Notes: generated by a model from the sequence alone, not told the origin. A DNA stretch of 63,948 nucleotides, filler included, from Dirinaria sp. TL-2023a (GCA_051941275.1; 27 parts of 27 records of this genome joined end to end with filler, not necessarily neighbours in it), one strand, 5' to 3'. Shown: positions 1 through 14,027, counted from the whole stretch's first letter. A program made the numbers and translations.

Positions 1-513
1 TACGACGTCAACACGAATCTCGATCGACTGGGGACCTTTTTGATTCTGAGCATCAAGCGCAACAGTGTCGGGGAAGTCCGCACCCTGCTTTCTCACGGCG
101 CGAATCCGAATCTGGGACTCTATGCGCACATATACTCTCCTCTCGCGAGCGCGGCGGAGTATGACGCATCGGTGAACATCGTCGACATGCTTCTACGTGC
201 CGGGGCGACGGTGGAGGAGAGCGATGCTCTGCACGTCGCCGCGCAAAAGCGGAGAGTGGATGTGCTTCGGCGGCTTTTTGACAGTGGCGCGGATGTGAAT
301 GAGATGGGGTTCGAGTACTCTGCTGTCGAGCATTTCGCAGAGATGGCCGGAAGCGCGCTTCATTTTGCCGCTGATGGTGGGAGCCACGAAATCGTCAGGT
401 TGTTGCTGGAGAGGGGGGCCGACCGCCAGCTGAAGGATGCGCAGGGGAGAACGGCGCTAGAGAGGGCGAGAGAAAAAGGACATGATGATATTGTTGCTTT
501 GTTAGATAGCTAA
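1..513 (+). CDS. Ankyrin-repeat protein, C-terminal part (5' truncated by the window edge)
   Basis: Several ankyrin consensus units: SPLASAA, ALHVAA...LFDSGADVN, GSALHFAADGG...LLLERGAD, GRTALERA...GHDDIVALL; stop TAA at 511-513. Confidence 0.9.
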   Translation, partial: YDVNTNLDRLGTFLILSIKRNSVGEVRTLLSHGANPNLGLYAHIYSPLASAAEYDASVNIVDMLLRAGATVEESDALHVAAQKRRVDVLRRLFDSGADVNEMGFEYSAVEHFAEMAGSALHFAADGGSHEIVRLLLERGADRQLKDAQGRTALERAREKGHDDIVALLDS

Positions 514-1686
514 ATGGTGACAAGGTCATGGAAAGCTCATAGCATCTTGATTCTTGCACAGCACCGATGATGGGTGGATTGCCACAAGATTCAAATGATC
601 GCAGCACAACAAAAGATTGAAAGTCGTAATGGAGAGATGTATTCTTACTGCATATACTGTCGTAAACTTGACGAATGTATTTGTTTGCGGCTTCAGGCGA
701 GTTCTTGTGTAGACTGGTTCAGAAGACAATCTCCTGGGGACATTCACCAGCACTAGCATGCAGCGGACCAAGATGTAAGCTGTAAAAGCCCAGATATCAG
801 CTTCGTTTGACAAGACGAACTGTCAGATTTAGGTGGTGGAGGATGAGTTGGCCAAATGAGTGTATATTGGTAAACAACTGCCTAAAAACTAAAAAGAAGA
901 ACTTTTGTGGGCACTATATATCCAGAGACTGCTGACTAAGCTTGGGACTGCTACCCAGAGGACTGCTGACTAAACCTTAATCTAACCGCATGTGTGAAAC
1001 CATCTTGGCAACTTCTTAGTGGTGGTGAGTTTCTAAGTCTTACACGAACTTACTCTATTGCTCGCAGCATGGGCTTTGAACGTCGTATCTCTCTAACCGG
1101 TCCATGCTCGACTCTATTCCATCTCTAAGTCGTATTGTCACATCTGTGTCAACTCCAGTCTCCTGGTAAGGTATGTCTTCAAATTTTCAGCGGCATCTTT
1201 AGGTTGGCTTGATTATGTAATAGGTACCAGGTAAGCGAGCACAGCAAGCCGGATTCGAATCTAGTTTGAGCTGCCGAGGCTACCTACCTTAAGAAAGCCA
1301 CTTCCTTAGACCTTTGAAGATACTTCTCTCATTCATGTTGATTAAAGGTTGCTAAATCATATATGCGACGGAATTAAGATAGCAGACGACTAGCGTGAAG
1401 CCGGTCGTCAAAGCCCGAACCAAACGCATATACCACAAGTCTCTTTTTGTTGCTACATGGTCTATACATAGCTCGGGTAGAGTGTCCGAACGGGCAGAGT
1501 AGATTGTATGTAAGCTGAGCGAAAGAAAAGTCTCTCGTGATCTAAGCTATGGTGTCCTTCAGCTATATGTTGATCATTTCTCATGTTTTTCTCATGTTTT
1601 TGTCACGTTTTAGGATATAATGATTTATCTTGGCTCTTTCTGGTAAAAGTTCCGGAGGGGAGATTGTTCTTGGGATCATTTCGAAC

Positions 1687-2310
1687 ATGTTCCTCTCTAA
1701 AGGAACCTAGATCGGTTTGTGGTACCATGCCTTGTTGCTCCAGACATATTCGGCCTTGTCCTTCGGATTCCCAACTGCTGCTGCATTCCCAGCTCGTACC
1801 GATATTGGCGGCTGCGGCACGTCACACAACTTTATCGGGTCGACGAAGCAGTTTAGCATCAACAGCAGTGGCCTTGAACGGCATTACCGTATTCATCTTC
1901 CCAGCAGCTACGACCGTAATTTGGTCACTCCGTTGATCTTATCCTATCATGGGGCGGGAGAAACAGCGGAGTTGCATGAGAATCAGACGCAATTGTCGAA
2001 TGAGGAGTATAATCCTGAAATGATTGCGGTGTATCCACAAGGCGACAATGTAAGTCGATGAATGTAATTTGTTGGCATTATTTGTTCTATGTGTCATTGT
2101 CTTCGTGTCAGAAATCTTAATTTTGCCCACATCCACTTTTTAGAAACTTGTTGACGTAATAGCAGAACCACTGGGAAGGCCCTTCATATGCCACACCAAA
2201 CGTCAGCGACAAGAATTCCACGACCGATCTTCTAAACCACCTAAAGGGCAACTACTGCATAGATACCAACCGGATATACGCCAGCGGCAAATCCAACGGT
2301 GGCGGCTTTG
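1687..2310 (+). CDS. Secreted CE1/feruloyl-esterase (PHB-depolymerase/LpqC-like) alpha/beta hydrolase; 3' truncated, possibly a pseudogene
   Basis: RHYRIHLPSSYD..PLILSYHGAG and AVYPQG; intron 2050-2165 (GTAAGT..CAG); exon 2 NHWEGPSYA..YCIDTNRIYASGKSNGGGF with the GxSxG nucleophile. The only nearby in-frame ATG (1687) is followed by TAG at 1708-1710. Confidence 0.8.
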
Positions 2311-2410
2311 NNNNNNNNNNNNNNNNNNNNNNNNNNNNNNNNNNNNNNNNNNNNTTAATTAATTAANNNNNNNNNNNNNNNNNNNNNNNNNNNNNNNNNN
2401 NNNNNNNNNN
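2311..2410. other. Artificial contig-joining linker N44-TTAATTAATTAA-N44 (first of 26; others start at 4718, 7124, 9528, 11928, 14321, 16713, 19102, 21491, 23878, 26264, 28646, 31022, 33398, 35772, 38144, 40514, 42884, 45252, 47603, 49951, 52297, 54638, 56975, 59301, 61627)
   Basis: Seen: an identical 100-nt spacer with a palindromic core giving stops in all six frames recurs every ~2.3-2.4 kb; fragment lengths fall steadily from ~2310 to ~2220 nt. Confidence 0.99.
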
Positions 2411-2722
2411 CTTGTGAAAGAAGAAAAAGAATGAGAAATAAAGCAGATGCTAGTCAAGCGAGTCAAACGAGATAACATTGAGTATCTAATTCGATGAATG
2501 AACTGTGCCTTATATGAAGATATTTGAAAATCAATGAAACATCTGAAAAATGCAGAGAAAGTCATTCAAGAGTTTGAGAAGAAGCGAACGCAACGCGAGT
2601 CAGCCGCGAAGAAGGCGAAGCAAAAAGCAGACAGAGCGACGTCAAAATTTCGAGTTGAAAAGAAAACAACTTCTTTAGCGAGAAAAAAGCGTGATAGATC
2701 TTCAAGATCAGATAATCAATAG
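2411..2722 (+). mobile_element. Hypermutated chromodomain, probably the integrase C-terminus of a Ty3/Gypsy chromovirus relic
   Basis: EEKE*EIKQMLVKRVKRDNIEYLIR*MNCALYEDI*KSMKHLKNAEKVIQEFE matches the chromodomain pattern, with all three expected Trp codons read as TGA. Confidence 0.75.
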
Positions 2723-2939
2723 AAGAAAAGAACAAAGTCCGAAGATCGATTGACGCGCAGAGCGCGCAAGAACTATCTAAAAGAAAAAAAAAAAAAAAAA
2801 AAACTACACAGTCATTATTCTAAAGTTGGCAAAAAGTCAACGCGCAACAAGCGCAAACACAACGCCAAAAACAAAGACACGGGTCAATCTTATATTCGTC
2901 AGCATCTCAAGCACGTTAGCGACGTAGAAAAAGACTCAC

Positions 2940-3650
2940 ACTCGATCTGACTGCGATCAAAGTGATCGCGTTCGACGCGACGAGCAGCGGGAGAGGCGGA
3001 GGGCGAGACGACACGAACAGCAACTAATAAGATGTCAGCAAGTATTGTAGCAATCAGAGACGAAACTCACTCGATTAGATCACAAAGACTCGCGCAAAAC
3101 TCATCTCGTCGCTCTCTCGTGCCGCGATGCGAACGACGACAGCAAGATCGACAGTCGAGTTTATCTCGCATCGATGTTTGCTTGCGCTACAATAAGCGCA
3201 CTTCGTCTGACGAGCGTCAGACGAGACAATACATCGATGACGACGATCGATCGTCAATCTCGCTACACATCGTCGATATCAGATAAGAGATTTCTCATCG
3301 ACTATAATATCATGTTAGCTCAGCTTCTTCTCAGTGTGCTTTGAGTACTTATCTGCGACAAACATCGACACTCGTGATGACGAGAAGCCGAGAGAGAGGA
3401 TCGTCACACTCATCGTCCTCGACGACGAGAAAGCAGAATCAGTCGAGATGACGAGCATGACGCTCGTAAGTTGAGAGAACGAGAAGACAGAGAGAGAAGA
3501 CGAGAACGCAGCGACGACGACGAAGACAGAGATGAAACGCTCGCGAGAGTCACGAGCACGCGATGAAGTCTGTATCATAGTCAGCGATGTCTTTAGCAGC
3601 AAAAAGAGAGTCGCATGACGACGATGCGCCTCGCAAATGATAAACACTTA
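2940..3650. mobile_element. Hypermutated repeat-derived sequence of unidentified family
   Basis: Almost no GG/CC dinucleotides, rich in TCG/CGA; remnant Cys-rich CAYC..KHRC motif on the minus strand (3075-3257). Confidence 0.5.
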
Positions 3651-4457
3651 TCATAGTGATATCTATATCGGGTTTAACAGTCATGTTAATCAAGGTACTC
3701 AGCAGCTTTTAAACGCGTTTCTTGTCACCGATTTAAGGATCACTGCGTCGCGACAACGACCTTCAGAAAGCACTTGCATCTGGGTTTAAACCGCAGTGCG
3801 ATGAAGAAGTGATAATGATATAGTAAACAACGAAGCAAGGGCCTAGCAGCAAAGGTGATGAGGGTATACTTACGATTTGCCTTGATACATGAAGATGAAA
3901 AAGAAAAAAAAAAAAGAAAAAGAAGAAGAAGAAGCAGATCAGGGAAACGTTTAAATAATATCTACTGTCATCTGCTCAACGCGCCGAAAAGAAACGCGTC
4001 ATAAATCTATTGTATCATACTATCGATATCAATCTGATATCTCATCTTTATAAAATTCATCTTTGACACGATCATCATCTACTGTTGCCTAGTTCAGGAT
4101 CATTACTTGCTATTGTCATCTATGTTTACTAAGGTCATATGAGCATCTTGTTATTCTATTGTCGCATCAACAATAACACGATCATCGCAAAACAGTTGCA
4201 ATCAACGAGAATTTCAAGATCATCTGAGTCAGAGTGAATATCAATTAATCGATCTATGAGAAATTGCTCTTTTGATCAGAGAAACTATTTTTCGAAATTT
4301 AATTTCATCAGATTATTCATGTCGTCAAAAACGCTCTTACCTCGCTCTCGAGAAAGTTAAAGTAATTCGATTTCGCTTTGAATTTTATAATCAGCGCTGA
4401 TATCTCACCGTGCGAGACTAATCATATATCAGTATAAGAATTCGAGTCGAATTCTTC

Positions 4458-4717
4458 GAAGAGGGAAATAGTTGTGACGACTTTGGTCTCAGAAGCGTCG
4501 CACGTCAGTCTCGTCTGCTTAAAAGACAAGATAGCCCTCGTGATAACTAACCTCGCTTGCTATTGAAGCGCGAGTCAGAGTCACGTCAACCTCGTCTGCT
4601 TGAAAGACAAGGTAGTTCTCGTGATAACTGACCTCGCTTGCTATTGAAGCGCGAGTTAAAGCCACGTCAATCTCGTCTAGAACGTTTCGATAGAGTCTAG
4701 CGCGAGATCGAATTTAG
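4458..4717 (+). mobile_element. Probable polypurine tract and start of a 3' LTR (TG at ~4473) of a mutated LTR retrotransposon
   Basis: GAAGAGGGAAATAGT followed directly by TGTGACG, the usual PPT-LTR junction layout; the flanking sequence is GG/CC-depleted. Confidence 0.5.
4501..4678 (+). repeat. Tandem direct repeat, 81-bp unit, ~2.2 copies
   Basis: Unit CACGTCARYCTCGTCTGCTTRAAAGACAAGRTAGYYCTCGTGATAACTRACCTCGCTTGCTATTGAAGCGCGAGT.. starts at 4501, 4582 and 4663; copies 1 and 2 differ by transitions. Confidence 0.9.
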
Positions 4718-4970
4718 NNNNNNNNNNNNNNNNNNNNNNNNNNNNNNNNNNNNNNNNNNNNTTAATTAATTAANNNNNNNNNNNNNNNNNNNNNNNNNNN
4801 NNNNNNNNNNNNNNNNNTCTCAGACCCTTTGCTTTTATGTTACTTAAACGCACGTCTGACTTCATGATATAGTTGTCGTCACAGCCGCCAAAGCTCTCGG
4901 CGTTGAATCTGAGGATTTCGTCGAGAACGTTTATGAAGAGGAAAACGGCGCGAATGGCGACAGCGATCTG

Positions 4971-6167
4971 ATGGACATTGAGCAAAGTGAAGCTCCAAAG
5001 TCTGATGATTTCCGCAAGAAGATCTATGAAGAGGCTATCTCACACTTGGGAAAGCTCATGGAAGATCTCAAGGACGCCGGAGCGAAGCTGGAGTTGGAAA
5101 AACTCAATAAGCAAATCAAAGAGCAAAATCTTAAGAACAAACTTTCAAAAGAGGATCTCAATAACTTTCTCATACAGATCTCGACTTTCATTGCCAATTT
5201 TGAAATGACGCAGGATTACTTCAAAGCGTTACAACAAGATCCGAATGACAATATAGCAAGGCAAAAGCTAACTAATATCAATAATGTGTTGAGGCAGTTG
5301 AACGAGCGGCATGAATACTCTGATACTTGGCTTATCGATATACCAAATCGCTCGGATCCTAACGGAGCGAAGTCGTTCAAAGCTGCAGCTTCTAGGGACG
5401 CTAGTCAAGCTGAGCAAGCTTCCATCAAAGGTGGCGTAAAGATCAAAGTTGACGTTCCCATTTCAGATGAGTTCGATGGCCGAACATCTCTCGAAAAGAT
5501 CGTGAACGTGAGAAAAGCTGACTTTGGCTCAAGGGTCATCGTGAACCGCGGCACAGAGCAAAATCCGTATTTTGAGATATATCCCGGGGCAGAATTCGGG
5601 AAGGAGATTGTCAAAGATTGACTGAAGGCCGGGACGTACAGATGCGAGGATTTATCAAAAGACACAGAAGCCAAAAATATGAAAATATATGAGCGAGTCA
5701 AAGTTAAGAAGACCGCTCGTAAAGGGGGAAACAAAATCACACGCACTCAAAGCGAAATTCAGTACTACTTGATCAAAGTTGAGGATCAGAATTATGTAAG
5801 TATCAGGTCCGCACTCTCTGAAATGAAAGAACTTAGCGCCGGCAAACTAAAACGGATCGATGTGCAATTGAATCATCAGAACGAGCAGTTGCTGACGGAA
5901 CTTGATAATTGTCGAGAGCAAAATGAGCATTCGGATACTGAGAAACAATTGACAAAAGCCGACATCGAAGAGATGCCGTGACTATCGCCGAACACGATAA
6001 TTCAGTCTGAGGACGATAAAGACGAGAAAGAAGAAGATGATGATGAAGATATTGAAAACATAGTCCCTGAGAGGAAAGGCCTAAAGCGTAATGCAAAGTC
6101 GAACGCCGCAACGCGCACTTCGGAGCGCTCTGAATTTTTCAGAGATTCCGTCGAGTTCGAGATTTGA
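4971..6167 (+). pseudogene. Uncharacterised ~400-codon ORF (coiled-coil N-terminus, acidic tail) broken by in-frame TGA stops; probably repeat- or mobile-element-borne
   Basis: ORFs 4971-5621 and 5679-5981 are in the same frame and read through TGA at 5619 (KD*LKAG) and 5979 (MP*LSP), consistent with TGG>TGA; partially GG-depleted. Confidence 0.55.
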
Positions 6168-7289
6168 GTCAGATCGTGGGAAAGAACAGACCGAGGACAA
6201 CAAGAATGAAAGAGCGAGGGCGAAATTTGAATTTCTACTAGTCAGTCAGCCTTTGCCGTACATTATAGATTTGGAATTAAAATCGAGGCAACGACAATAA
6301 ATTTCGAGGATGAGAGTTTTGCTGCGCAGACACGTCAGTAATAAATTGTCGTTCTGTCTTCTAGCAATCCGCCAAATCATGAAAAGGGCTTGTTCGATAC
6401 GTAACTTAGCTGTTTCGCCAACATGGCAAAAAGGACCCCAACCTCCCCCCTGACTAGGCCTAGGGTGAGCGCCGCCCAACAGTCGCATGATACTTACGCT
6501 GATCGCGTGACTACAGCTAATCCTAGATAAGCAGCATATCTATGCCGGTGAGTAGCTGCCTCATTCCGATTCATATTAACTATTATGAATGAGAGTACTC
6601 TCAATTGTCAAGCCTATCCCCATAACAAACTTTCGTAAGACTTGACGCGCTGCTGAGTACAATCTACATCCAACTTGAACTTCCGAACATTCTATATTTA
6701 CGTTCAAAAACAGAAGCAAGCATCTAGCTTGCAGAAGGGAGAAGAGATAGTTTGATTGACGACCTTTATTTAACCACAAAGCTGACTTGACTAATTCTGG
6801 TCCACTCCTGCACACACTCACTATCTTGAAGTCCTGATATCGCCAATTTAGTCCTATTACGTTGGTCAATAACTCAGCAGACTCCGCAGTGTCCCCCAAA
6901 ATGATCCAATATGCCGTCACCGCTATTCTCACTTTGGTGCTTTCGACTATCGCTGAGATCTACTTGCTCCTGCATCTTTTGAAACTTGACGAAGCCTCAA
7001 ATTGAGAGTCATCAAGCCTCGTCTAACAAGTATCCAATTACCAACAACTAGAGAAAGGGCAAATAAAGGTGATATCGGGTTCTCACGATTATCACCTGTT
7101 TCATCGAATACCTTATCCCACTGNNNNNNNNNNNNNNNNNNNNNNNNNNNNNNNNNNNNNNNNNNNNTTAATTAATTAANNNNNNNNNNNNNNNNNNNNN
7201 NNNNNNNNNNNNNNNNNNNNNNNGACAATACGCTTTTCAGACTTGTTTTTCCGACTATGATTATTCTTTTTTCCTCCTAGGTCAACATC

Positions 7290-8694
7290 ATGGCCACGCC
7301 TTGGGGGTTTCCCGTTAGGAAGCGTTCCGTATACATTTTCATAATATCATATTTCGTATTGCAAGCCCAATGTAGACCGGCAAACCCCCAATCGCCAGCA
7401 GACTTTGTAGTGCAGAAAAGCGACAGCTGGGCCGGCTGGAACAACATAGAAAATATCTTCGCCTTGTCAGTACCACCGCTCTTCTTCTGACGATAAACTT
7501 TCCCTTTCCTCTCCCTAACTTCATCTCCAAAAAAAAGCGGCGACTCCTACACCTCCACGGGCTTCGACCCTAATGGCGCGCAACCTTCACGCTCGAATCC
7601 GATCGGCAACCCGGCCTATCCGGGGGATACAAACATCGGCTCCCCTGACTGGATCAACTATATAACCGTGCAGTTCAATCGGAGGTTTACCAGGCTCTTC
7701 AATTTCGCCTATGCCGGCGGGACGATCGATGATTTGGTCGACCCGTCTCCTTTCGGTGCTTTGAGCTTCAGACAGCAAGTCAAAGACCGATTCCTGCCCA
7801 GATATCAAAACGGCGGAGGGGGATGGGCTGCACAAAATAGTTTGTTCGCGATTTGGTTCGGGATGAATGATGTAATGCTTAACAACGCGAAGCCCAACGC
7901 TTCTGCGTACATAGACGCTCTGACCGAATCATATATAGGGGAGCTCGAAACTGTAAGCCCTGCTTCTTCATCTAACGAGTCCGGCAGTTCAAAATACCAC
8001 TGACATTCCGTTCGTTCTTGGGGTTGAAAAAAGCTGCACAACGCCGGCGCACGCAACTTCGTCTTACTGAACATCCCACCGCTTGATCGCATCCCTCCAA
8101 CCATGCCGTCTACGCCCACAACCAGTCTGAGCGTCCGCAACACGACCGTCTCTCTGTACCTGAAATTCACGCCCGAAGAGCGAAGACAGTTGAAGCAACA
8201 TATCGACAGCTTCAACACCGCGATGCAGACGATGACGAACATGTTTCGTGTCATGTACCCGGATTCAACGGTGTGGCTCTTCGATACAAATGACTTGTTC
8301 AATCGAGTACTGGATAATCCGGATTCTTATCGCATCAGCTCTATCATTAGTTATACGGACCGGTTTTGTGCACCGTATGCGCAGTAAGTGTTGCCGCTAT
8401 TTCTTCTGCCTAGTCGTCTCTCTTTGATGGCGATCTGCCGCTAGTCCAATCCTCATATTCTTCGCTCTAATGCTCCCTGTATACCTGAAAGCCCAAAGGT
8501 TTTAACCTGATCTATGTTTTAGGTCACCAGATCCGAAACTCTTCCGGCGGCAGTGTATTGTCAGTAGGGACCGATATTTCTGGGCTGACGGGCTGCACCC
8601 GACGAGTACAGTCCATGAATTGATCGCGCAGCAGGTTGTGCAAGCCTTGGGAAGTGCGCCGGGGTCTTCTGATCAGGCGGTAGCTTCAGCGTGA
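7290..8694 (+). CDS. Secreted SGNH/GDSL acetylesterase (CE16-like), 4 exons
   Basis: Hydrophobic N-terminus; spliced IFAF-GDSYT (block I Ser), FNFAYAGGT (block II), IWFGMND (block III), GARNFVLLNIPPLDR and YFWADGLHPT (block V DxxH); introns at ~7466-7537, ~7953-8033 and ~8384-8522. Confidence 0.88.
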
Positions 8695-9627
8695 TTGTGG
8701 ATGTGAACCGTTGAGGTATGATTATTGAAATATAGGATCGAGACATGAAAAGAAGATGTCGTGGTGAGTACGACCCATTTGCCAAGTCAAATAGGGATCT
8801 AAATAAGTCCCAATGTTCGGAAAAACCCCTTTTACTTCATCCAAAGAGATGGTCTCAAACTGAGCACCTCAACCAGCTCCTGTAAAATTTTCAGAAGGGG
8901 AGGTTATACCTCTCCATCAAATCCAACTAATCCACCAAACTAAACCAATCTCACAGATACATCCTACACTCCATTTCCTTTTCCTTCGAAGTCACCAGCC
9001 CATTCAGGCTTTCTATTCTTATTCCATTGATATATTTCGAATGATAATTAGGAGTCCTCTTTTGAAATATATGTCCTCCTTGCATATGTCTAAACCCTCG
9101 ATCTCAATTCCTTCAAACCATAACCTACTCATACTCATCACCCCAATAAAAAACCAATACCATCTAATAACAAAATTCATCTTCATCCACCTAAGAACCC
9201 CTCACCTAAAAACATATTCACGAAGAAACCCAGCTCTAGCTAAGTCATAAATCTAGATCAGATACATCACTCCAAACCTTCCGTATAGTATCGAAGAAAA
9301 GAAAAGGATAAAAGAGAAACGGACTCACCCACCACCAAACCCCCAGATCCATTCATTATAAGGCATCACAAACACTCCCACTCCCGCCCATTCCTATCAA
9401 ATCGATTACAATTTTGTAAAACCCATCCCTATTATCATTAAACCCCCGCCCTTCCTCACAAAAGAAGAAAAAAAGAAAAAAGAAAATCTTGAGTTTCAAG
9501 CTGGGGTGAAGTGAAGATTATGCTAAGNNNNNNNNNNNNNNNNNNNNNNNNNNNNNNNNNNNNNNNNNNNNTTAATTAATTAANNNNNNNNNNNNNNNNN
9601 NNNNNNNNNNNNNNNNNNNNNNNNNNN

Positions 9628-11927
9628 GTCGATGCTTGCATCAGACAATGCGACTTCTCACGACACTCTGCAGATCACTCGCTTAAACTGTTTATTACAG
9701 TGTTGCAAAATTAAAAGTGTCACGACAAGCGAGGCAACACAGCGATAGAGCAACACTTCCTCTATCTACAAATACCGACGCCCTCTCTTCTCTTCTCGTT
9801 CACAAACCTTCTCTCTTTTCTTTTCCACTCACTTCCTCGATCTTTCCGTACGCACGACTCACTTCACTTACATTTCTTCAGCCTTGAAAATCACTGACTC
9901 AAACCTCACCATGTCTGATGAAGCTGAATTCTCAGAACTGTCACGCAACGTGTCAAATCGTCGCTTCAGATCTCAAGCATCGAAGAAGCAGAATCACAAG
10001 TCTCAACACTTCAGATCGAAATTCACAATCATGACGTCATCGACTGCGACATTCATCAAATCATCAGTCGTCGATTTACAGTGAAACTCCGACTCAGAGA
10101 ATCGACCTCCCACATCTCTCTACTATCTTGAATCGAAAAGTCAGAACGAGCTCATGTTCATTCAGAAAATCAACAAGATCGACAAGAGAAATGTGCTAAC
10201 TCTCTCAATTACGTTCGTCGAACAGCTACGAGAACTCATCAATCAGCAATCAGAAATGTGATTTCAAGTCATCTTGAACGAGCGAGCTCGAGTTGTAGCA
10301 GCTCACAACATGATCAAGAATCAAGATCGTGAATTTACGACGCTGAAGAACGACAAGCTCGTCATTCAAAGTCGAGCTGATTTGATTACAAAGAAGCTGA
10401 CTCAAGTGACGCAGCATCTTGAGAGAGTTCGATTTCGTCGAGACGCATTGAAGAGTCAACATGTCGACTTGAAACAGTCATGAAACACGTTAGACAGACA
10501 ATATCGCGAACTTCAACAAATCTGCAATATTCTTCAGGCACAGCAAAAGAAAGACTCAACTCGAGATCTCTTCAATCTTAACTATGACAGCTTCGACGAA
10601 GTAAACGAGTCTCATTTCAAGAACTCACAATCGATTCTCGATAACTTCGTACTGAACGATCAAGCACATTCAAGTCAATCTCTCATAAGCGTCGTCTATC
10701 AAGAACACTTGATGAAGCGCGACGCTGAATCACTCGATGCATCTTCTCATAACTCGCGCTATAAAGATGTGAAGAAATTTCGAGAAGATTTCACTAAATG
10801 AAAGATCTGACGTCTATCTCTAATAATCAAGCTTCGGCATAGTTGAAAGAATTTCGAGATCGAACGTTTCAAAATCGAATATGCTCGAGACGTTTGCGAT
10901 GAATCAGCGTTTGACGTCATTGATCATCGAGAAGATTTAGATGATCTCAGCTGCTATCAAACACTCAACGAACTTCTTAAAGACTTGAAATCACACTATG
11001 ATCTACGAAACAGACAAACTATGACGCTAAGCGACATCATCAATTCACGATTTCGAATGAGAGAGTGAGTGATCAACGAGATCTACGATCACTTCATATC
11101 TCGACTGAACACTATTCTCGTCTGTCTCGAATTTGATAACGATCTAAAGAAGCGATATCTCAAAGACAATCTCACGAGATCGCTTTGTCAGAAGCTCATT
11201 CGATTGTCTGACTTCATGCTATATGAGAAAGTGATCGTCAAGCTTCGAATGATCGATCACGAGTCTAAACGTATAAACGACATTCGCCCAAACGAGAGAA
11301 ACACAATCTCGAGAGCTCGAGAGTCTCGTCGCGAACAAAAGTTACTTACGTGATCGACTTTCAAATCAGAAACGCGATCGTCGAGAGCATCAACTGAACA
11401 GACAAAACGCATTCAGAGCTTTTCGAAAGCTCTGAGAGAATTGCTTAAAGAGCAAGTACGATGCTTCAAGTGTGAATTCAAGAGACATAAGTCGCATCAA
11501 GAAGATGCGTCGCGCAAGAACAAGAAGTCTCTGAGTGCGAAACAAATGATCACGAAGCTGAACAAAAAAGACATCAAGGTCGACTTAGTAATGATGAATC
11601 TTAACTCTGATTCCGACGACGACACTTTCTCCGAAGCCGACAATGAACTCTCGAACGACTTCGACTCGAAAAACGAGTAGTCTCTGACAAAAGTCGTGAT
11701 CAGAAGCACGTGCAAGCTCTCATACGCGAACGAATCAAAGAATTGAAGCGCGACATAAGACTTAGCGATCTTCAATTGAAAGACTTCACCGACGACTCTT
11801 CGCTGATCACAGTTCATCTCTTCAACTGAGATCTTCACTCTGACGAGAAGATTCGCAATGACAAGCAGCTGAAATTTAATGTCAAGATATACGTTCTCTT
11901 CGAGATCGTCAAGATAATCATCATGAC
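9628..11927 (+). mobile_element. Hypermutated LTR retrotransposon relic: possible 5' LTR end (~9727), leader and gag-like ORF (~9911-11680)
   Basis: Long frame with many TGA stops, coiled-coil region, gag-like segment and degenerate zinc knuckle VRCFKCEFKRH (CxxCxxxGH with Gly lost); near absence of GG/CC. Confidence 0.7.
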
Positions 11928-12583
11928 NNNNNNNNNNNNNNNNNNNNNNNNNNNNNNNNNNNNNNNNNNNNTTAATTAATTAANNNNNNNNNNNNNNNNN
12001 NNNNNNNNNNNNNNNNNNNNNNNNNNNTTACTAGCGTGATTGCATTCCTGGAAATAAGAGCTAAAGGTAGCGGTACTAGTAACGGAGCCGGTCTGAACTT
12101 TTCGCATCCCTCGCTCTGTAACGGGATTGGAAGAGAGACACAGAAAACATCCACCAAACCTTGAATAATCAAATTCCTTCCTTCTACTGTCTTTCTACTG
12201 TTTCAAAAAAAAAAAAAGGAGACAGCAGACTCAGTTGATAGTAGCAAGACATACGATCCCAACCCCACTTGCATTATCACGTACTCGAACCGTGAATCTA
12301 CCACTCATCCGGGAGTCAGCCCGCTTTGTCCTCTCTGTGCACCCCAGGCCTCAACAACAACCACCACCGAACCCACATCCTCCACCCCTGTCTACCTTCA
12401 TCGGTTGGCGCCGATTAAGCCTTCTTTGGACTGACCTGTGCAAGAAGATCGAACCGAAGAACAGAGGAGTGCGGCGTACGTGTGGCATCAGATCCCACTC
12501 ATTGAGCAGTCAGGGGCTTTTGCCCATCTCCGTGTTGGGCTCTGCAGAATCTCGCAAATAGCCTTGATTCCTGATAGAGAGAG

Positions 12584-12698
12584 GTACGCGTTACCGAGAT
12601 TGGCAGCATCTGCACGACACTCTGCACTCATCCTGCTACCGTCCCCAATCTGACCGACGCGCTGGACATGGGCTGCAGCTTGGTTGACATCATTTTAG
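12584..12698 (+). other. Probable 5'-UTR intron of the PP1 gene
   Basis: GTACGC donor, GTTGAC branch-like site and TTTTAG acceptor; it would remove an upstream ATG at 12668. Confidence 0.5.
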
Positions 12699-12820
12699 GA
12701 TCGCGTCCTTATCAGAAACACCATCACCCTATACCAGCAAGAGCGCTCGTTCACATCCCACTGGGTTCGGCGATCGCGCCACCTGGCACAAAAATCTTTC
12801 TCTTACTTGGGTGACGTGTT

Positions 12821-14027
<1,207 letters not shown>

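Noticed and set aside
922..973. Short direct repeat CCAGAG(G)ACTGCTGACTAA x2
   Set aside because: Only two ~18-nt copies in intergenic DNA; no function can be supported.
2411..11927. TGA=Trp alternative genetic code (mitochondrial or mollicute DNA)
   Set aside because: The same regions lose Gly and Pro codons in conserved motifs, and intact genes in the window use TGG for Trp and TGA as stop. Hypermutation explains it better.
12668..12814. uORF or N-terminal extension of PP1 starting MGCS
   Set aside because: It ends at TGA before the main ATG, and its ATG lies inside a probable 5'-UTR intron.
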